DNA of 32,000 nucleotides from Candidatus Saccharimonadota bacterium (GTDB lineage Bacteria; Pseudomonadota; Alphaproteobacteria; CAJXXZ01; 1604HC): NCBI RefSeq assembly GCF_008189405.1, contig NZ_CP043316.1, positions 180,001 to 212,000 of the forward strand, read 5' to 3'. Shown piece by piece: positions 28,491 to 32,000 of this stretch (position 1 is its first letter; each line of letters starts with the position of its first letter). The notes under the pieces were generated by a model. It saw only the letters and a program-made list of their open reading frames with translations, ran no database searches and was not told where the DNA came from. The position numbers and the translations under genes were made by a program.

Positions 28491-28830
28491 CCAACAACTC
28501 CTGCAGGTGAAATGAAACTTGTAAAAGCGTAGGTAGCACGAGCGGATGCTCGTGAGCGCAACTTAGGCAATCAGTGCATGGCAATGCACTGCATTGTAAA
28601 AGTGCGGTAGCACGAGCGGATGCTCGTAATGGAGCAGATTAAGCAAGTGAATAAAATGAAACTTGTAAAAGCGGAAGCTTCTGCAAGTGAATAAAATGAA
28701 ACTTGTAAAAGCAAAATAAGCAAAAGCTTAAGCAATCAGCGTTATCATACGCTGTATTATAATAATATGCGATGTTGAAATGGTGGTTTTAACACTCACG
28801 GTGCTCATACCAACTACTGAAGGTGGGAAT
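28480..28830. repeat. Block of nested short direct repeats and GC-rich hairpins (REP/RPE-like) just 3' of nrdJ
   Basis: A perfect 30-nt pair lies at 28643-28672 and 28683-28712, with a variant at 28501-28529. A perfect 22-nt pair (ggtagcacgagcggatgctcgt) lies at 28532-28553 and 28606-28627, each holding the hairpin cacgagc-ggat-gctcgt(g). Further hairpins are at 28572-28591 (cagtgcat/ggca/atgcactg) and 28737-28754 (cagcgt/tatcat/acgctg), both preceded by ttaRgcaat. The bracket repeat is 28480-28509 versus 28800-28825. Confidence 0.85.
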
Positions 28831-28994
28831 AAAAAAATCCCTTATAAAGTTAAGATATAAGGAGAAGCACTAATGACTTATCAATAGTGAAGGTTCATTC
28901 AATTTATATATCATTAATTATAAAAGTAAAAATTATTTAAATAAAAATTTATAAGAATCTAGTGTTTTATGATTATAAAAGATAAAATAGACCT

Positions 28995-29636
28995 ATGTAT
29001 TATACAGATTTTTTTAATCACATAGAGTTTTGGCAATTAGTATCGTTAAATATTATAATATGTTGTGGGTTAGTTCTTGCTTCAATGCGTAATTATAGAA
29101 CTTTGAAATTACTCTTATCAAATAAGTTGAATCAAAAACATTTAGGCATTTTCCAGGAATATAAGGCTATCATTCATTCTAAAGAACTAGTTTTATTTAA
29201 TTGGATTGCAATGAAAAAGTCCCTTAAATCAATATGGAACATGCGTATTAGTATGCTCATTATACTGATGCTTATTAATCCTATATTAGTTAATCGTATG
29301 AGAATAGATTGTTTTTATAATTTCTTATATATTGAGATTTCTGTTTTAATTGCGCTTGTATTTGTGGCTGGCAAAGCTAAGAAATTTTTCTGTGTACTGG
29401 AAAATAATTTACGTAATTCAACAAAACAAACAGATTATACAAAACAGGAAGTGCAATATCTTGTTAATAGGCTCGCTAATGCTCAACAATCTTTCGAAAA
29501 TGGATCAAAAATAAATATAGAATTGAAACATGAATTAGAGAATATTGTGAAAAATATTGTATACCTTTCAAGAATTAATCATACTTCTAAGGACTTACTC
29601 GAACAATTAACTAAGCATTTAATTAACAAGAAGTGA
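28995..29636 (+). CDS. Orphan hypothetical membrane protein (213 aa)
   Basis: About three hydrophobic segments are followed by a polar, coiled-coil-like C-terminus. It ends 9 nt before the recombinase gene. No motif recognised. Confidence 0.4.
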   Translation: MYYTDFFNHIEFWQLVSLNIIICCGLVLASMRNYRTLKLLLSNKLNQKHLGIFQEYKAIIHSKELVLFNWIAMKKSLKSIWNMRISMLIILMLINPILVNRMRIDCFYNFLYIEISVLIALVFVAGKAKKFFCVLENNLRNSTKQTDYTKQEVQYLVNRLANAQQSFENGSKINIELKHELENIVKNIVYLSRINHTSKDLLEQLTKHLINKK

Positions 29637-29645
29637 TTATGTTAA

Positions 29646-30509
29646 ATGATGTCAATGCAGAAGGCAATGAATTACAATAATTTAGAATTGTTTATAGATT
29701 TTCTGAATGAAAAGAATTTATCTAAAAATTCTATTACAGCATATAAAAGAGATATACAATCTTTTTGCGAGTGGAAAAATGAAAAGGATTTTCATAAAAA
29801 TATTCTGGTACAATATATTGAAAACTGTCAGGCAAATAAATTTGCACAATCTACATTAGAGCGAAAAGTTCGATCAATTAACCAATGGATTATTTTTCAA
29901 TCTTGTGAAATGAATATGGATCTAGATATTGTTGTGCCAAAAATCAAAAAAGAGAAAAAAAATCTTAATATAATAAATAATGATAAAATTGCAGATATTC
30001 TGGATCAATTAGAATCAGAAAATAATTTATTTAATATACGATTACAGGCAATAATATGTATGTTATACAGTACTGGATTACGCATTTCTGAATTGATCAG
30101 TATTAAAATTATCTCTGTACAAAATGTTTTAAATGAAAAAAGTAAAAGTTTTAATGTGATAGGTAAGGGTATGAAAGAAAGGCAGGTTTTTATGACACAT
30201 AATGCTATACAATTTTTAAAATCATATATGAATATACGTGATTCAAGTTCTGTTTATTTATGGAATTCTGGAGAAAAACATATTACACGTCAATCTGTAT
30301 TTTTATGGCTACAAAAGTTGGGTATTTCTCCACATGATTTTAGGCATAAACTAGCTTCAGATTTGGTCAAGAAAGGTATGAATTTGCTGGAAGTAAAGGC
30401 TATTATGGGGCATGCTAGCATTAAGACTACATCTATTTATACTCATGCACAAAACTCTGAAATTGAAATCAAAAAACATCATCCGCTATATAAGAAAACT
30501 GAAGATTAA
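29646..30509 (+). CDS. xerD: XerC/XerD-type tyrosine recombinase
   Basis: The N-terminal SAM-like domain reads FIDFLNEKNLSKNSITAYKRDIQSFCEW. Catalytic residues are in context: TGLRISEL (R), HDFRH (HxxR) and GHASIKTTSIYTH (H, Y). Confidence 0.8.
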   Translation: MMSMQKAMNYNNLELFIDFLNEKNLSKNSITAYKRDIQSFCEWKNEKDFHKNILVQYIENCQANKFAQSTLERKVRSINQWIIFQSCEMNMDLDIVVPKIKKEKKNLNIINNDKIADILDQLESENNLFNIRLQAIICMLYSTGLRISELISIKIISVQNVLNEKSKSFNVIGKGMKERQVFMTHNAIQFLKSYMNIRDSSSVYLWNSGEKHITRQSVFLWLQKLGISPHDFRHKLASDLVKKGMNLLEVKAIMGHASIKTTSIYTHAQNSEIEIKKHHPLYKKTED

Positions 30510-30609
30510 TTTTATATTATGTATTATAAGTAATATGTAAGCCAAATTATCAAAACCATTATCTATCATTATTTTAATTAAATTAAGAATTCCAAGAAAA
30601 TGAAAAGAG

Positions 30610-30682
30610 CAGGCGCTGTAGGGTTCGAACCTACGACACCTTGATTAAAAGTCAAGTGCTCTACCGACTGAGCTAAGCGCCC
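30610..30682 (-). tRNA. tRNA-Lys (anticodon UUU)
   Basis: The reverse complement GGGCGCTTAGCTCAGTCGGTAGAGCACTTGACTTTTAATCAAGGTGTCGTAGGTTCGAACCCTACAGCGCCTG folds as a cloverleaf. Acceptor GGGCGCT/AGCGCCT (G1-U72 wobble), D stem GCTC/GAGC, anticodon stem CTTGA/TCAAG with loop CTTTTAA, T stem GTAGG/CCTAC with loop TTCGAAC. No CCA is encoded. Confidence 0.9.
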
Positions 30683-30754
30683 TTAGAACTTTATTATCAT
30701 GATTTTTGTAATTTTAGTCAAGACTTTTAATTATATTTAGGATATTATATTTCT

Positions 30755-31330
30755 ATGGATCAAAAAATAAATGTATCTAATGTAAGAGTTGGAAATGTAT
30801 TAATAATGAAAGACAAGCTTTTTGTAGTTCGTAAGACTGAACATGTAAAACCAGGCAAAGGTGGTGCATTCATACAAATGGAGCTTAAAGGATTAGATTC
30901 TACAACTAAACTAAATGAAAGATTTCGTTCTGAAGAAAATGTAGTAAAGGCAATTCTTGAAGAGAAACATGCTAAATTCTTATATGCAGATAATGACTCA
31001 TGTCATTTTATGTTTATGGATGATACTTATGATCAGTTTGAGATTAGCAAAGAAGATTTTAAGCCAGTATCAAATTTCTTGTATGATGGTGTTGAAATAA
31101 AAGCTATGATGCATGAAGAAAAAGTAATCAGTTTTGAGTTTGCTAGCCCTGTTGTTATGGAAATCATAGAGGCTGATCCAGTAATCAAGGGTCAAACAGC
31201 TTCATCTTCGTATAAGAATGCAGTGATTGAGAATGGAATCAAAATTCTTGTTCCAACATATATTAAGCAAGGTGATAAAATAGTTGTAAATCCTTCAGAT
31301 TCTACTTATATGGAAAGATTCAAAAGCTAA
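30755..31330 (+). CDS. efp: Translation elongation factor P
   Basis: Contains VRVGNVLIMKDKLFVV...HVKPGKGGAFIQMELKGL. Typical size (191 aa). Confidence 0.9.
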   Translation: MDQKINVSNVRVGNVLIMKDKLFVVRKTEHVKPGKGGAFIQMELKGLDSTTKLNERFRSEENVVKAILEEKHAKFLYADNDSCHFMFMDDTYDQFEISKEDFKPVSNFLYDGVEIKAMMHEEKVISFEFASPVVMEIIEADPVIKGQTASSSYKNAVIENGIKILVPTYIKQGDKIVVNPSDSTYMERFKS

Positions 31331-32000
31331 TGAATACCACTAATATGAATAATAATGTTATTCAAGAAAATATATTAAAATCAGCTAACATCAATATTAT
31401 GACAGAAATCTTAGAGAAAATTGGCAGAATGCTGATTAGAGATTTCAATGAGATTAGGCATATTGCATTTGAAAAAAGAAGAACTTTTATTGAAAAATAT
31501 GAGAGTAGAGCTTCTGATATGATTATGAATTTTTTACATCAAAAAAGACCGCAGTATGGGATAATTTCAAAATCACAAACATATCAAGAAGATGAGGATA
31601 TAAAGTGGATTATTAACCCTTTAAGTGGTATTGAGAATTTTGCACATAATATTAATTCATTTTGCTGTTCAATTGCTATAATGGAGGATGATAGGATTAT
31701 TGCTAGTATGATTTTAGATCCTCTTTCTAGAGAAATGTTTTATGCAGAAAGTGGCAAAGGGGCATTCTTGAACCATAAATTGATGCATGTTTCTCGTAAT
31801 ATTTACTCTAACAAAAGCTTATTTGGAACAATTAAAGATGTTGGGCTAAACTATAGAAAAATAGGATGTCCACTATTAGATTTGGCATATGTTGCATGTG
31901 GAAGATTTGATGGGTGTATCACAAAAGTTAAACATATATGTGATTATGCTGCAGGAATATTATTAGCATCTGAATCAAAGGCTAAAATCAAAGTATACAG
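31330..32000 (+). CDS. suhB: Inositol monophosphatase-fold (SuhB-like) protein with substituted metal-binding motifs; 3' end lies outside the window
   Basis: Hand translation from ATG 31330, which shares one nt with the efp stop TAA, stays open to the window end. It reads ...YGIISKSQTY..DIKWIINPLSGIENFAHNINSFCCSIAIMEDDRIIASMILDPLSREMFYAESGKGAFLN...GCPLLDLAYVACGRFDG...CDYAAGILLA. This is the IMPase fold pattern, but the canonical EES, WxxDPxDGT and WDxAAG motifs are altered. Confidence 0.7.
   Translation, partial: MNTTNMNNNVIQENILKSANINIMTEILEKIGRMLIRDFNEIRHIAFEKRRTFIEKYESRASDMIMNFLHQKRPQYGIISKSQTYQEDEDIKWIINPLSGIENFAHNINSFCCSIAIMEDDRIIASMILDPLSREMFYAESGKGAFLNHKLMHVSRNIYSNKSLFGTIKDVGLNYRKIGCPLLDLAYVACGRFDGCITKVKHICDYAAGILLASESKAKIKVY

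Noticed and set aside
28490-28720. The repeats with regular spacing after nrdJ could be a small CRISPR array.
   Set aside because: There are only 2-3 copies per unit. The 'spacers' are ~10 nt for the 30-nt pair or shared repeat material. Several repeat families interleave. No cas genes are in the window.
29646-30682. A tyrosine recombinase next to a tRNA-Lys gene could mark the edge of an integrative mobile element.
   Set aside because: The recombinase has the XerC/D architecture, N-terminal motif and size. I found no direct repeat of the tRNA 3' end in the window. The flanking genes (efp, suhB, nrdJ) are housekeeping.

Overview
This is an AT-rich (about 30% G+C by eye), tightly packed bacterial window. 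Many genes overlap by 4-8 nt. Several markers point to an alphaproteobacterium with a reduced, endosymbiont-style genome (Rickettsiales/Holosporales-like; no species can be named): a DUF1013/TrcR protein, plsY-dprA-topA synteny, a HemY-like protein, bamD next to ligA, and a long-form B12-dependent NrdJ. Most genes are housekeeping: tadA (partial), ligA, bamD, fabD, fabG, nusB, a 5'-3' exonuclease, glyQ/glyS, plsY, dprA, topA, accB/accC, nrdJ, xerD-like, tRNA-Lys(UUU), efp and a suhB-like gene (partial). The accessory content is an atypical, fragmented type VI secretion system (T6SS). One 2-kb ORF encodes TssB and TssC as a single polypeptide and is followed by a very divergent Hcp-like gene. 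About 3 kb away, on the other strand and separated by ligA and bamD, lies a translationally coupled tssF-tssG pair with no tssE. No tssA/E/J/K/L/M, vgrG or clpV is visible anywhere in the 32 kb. Other observations are listed below.
- NusB carries a ~200-aa tandem-repeat and low-complexity tail.
- The SuhB/IMPase homologue has its metal-binding acidic residues substituted.
- A relatively GC-rich ~340-bp block of nested direct and palindromic repeats sits just after nrdJ, bracketed by a duplicated copy of the nrdJ 3' end.
- A possible miniaturised Mic60 (mitofilin)-like ORF lies upstream of the HemY-like gene.
- There are two orphan ORFs.
All family assignments come from motif recognition by eye. 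No searches were run.
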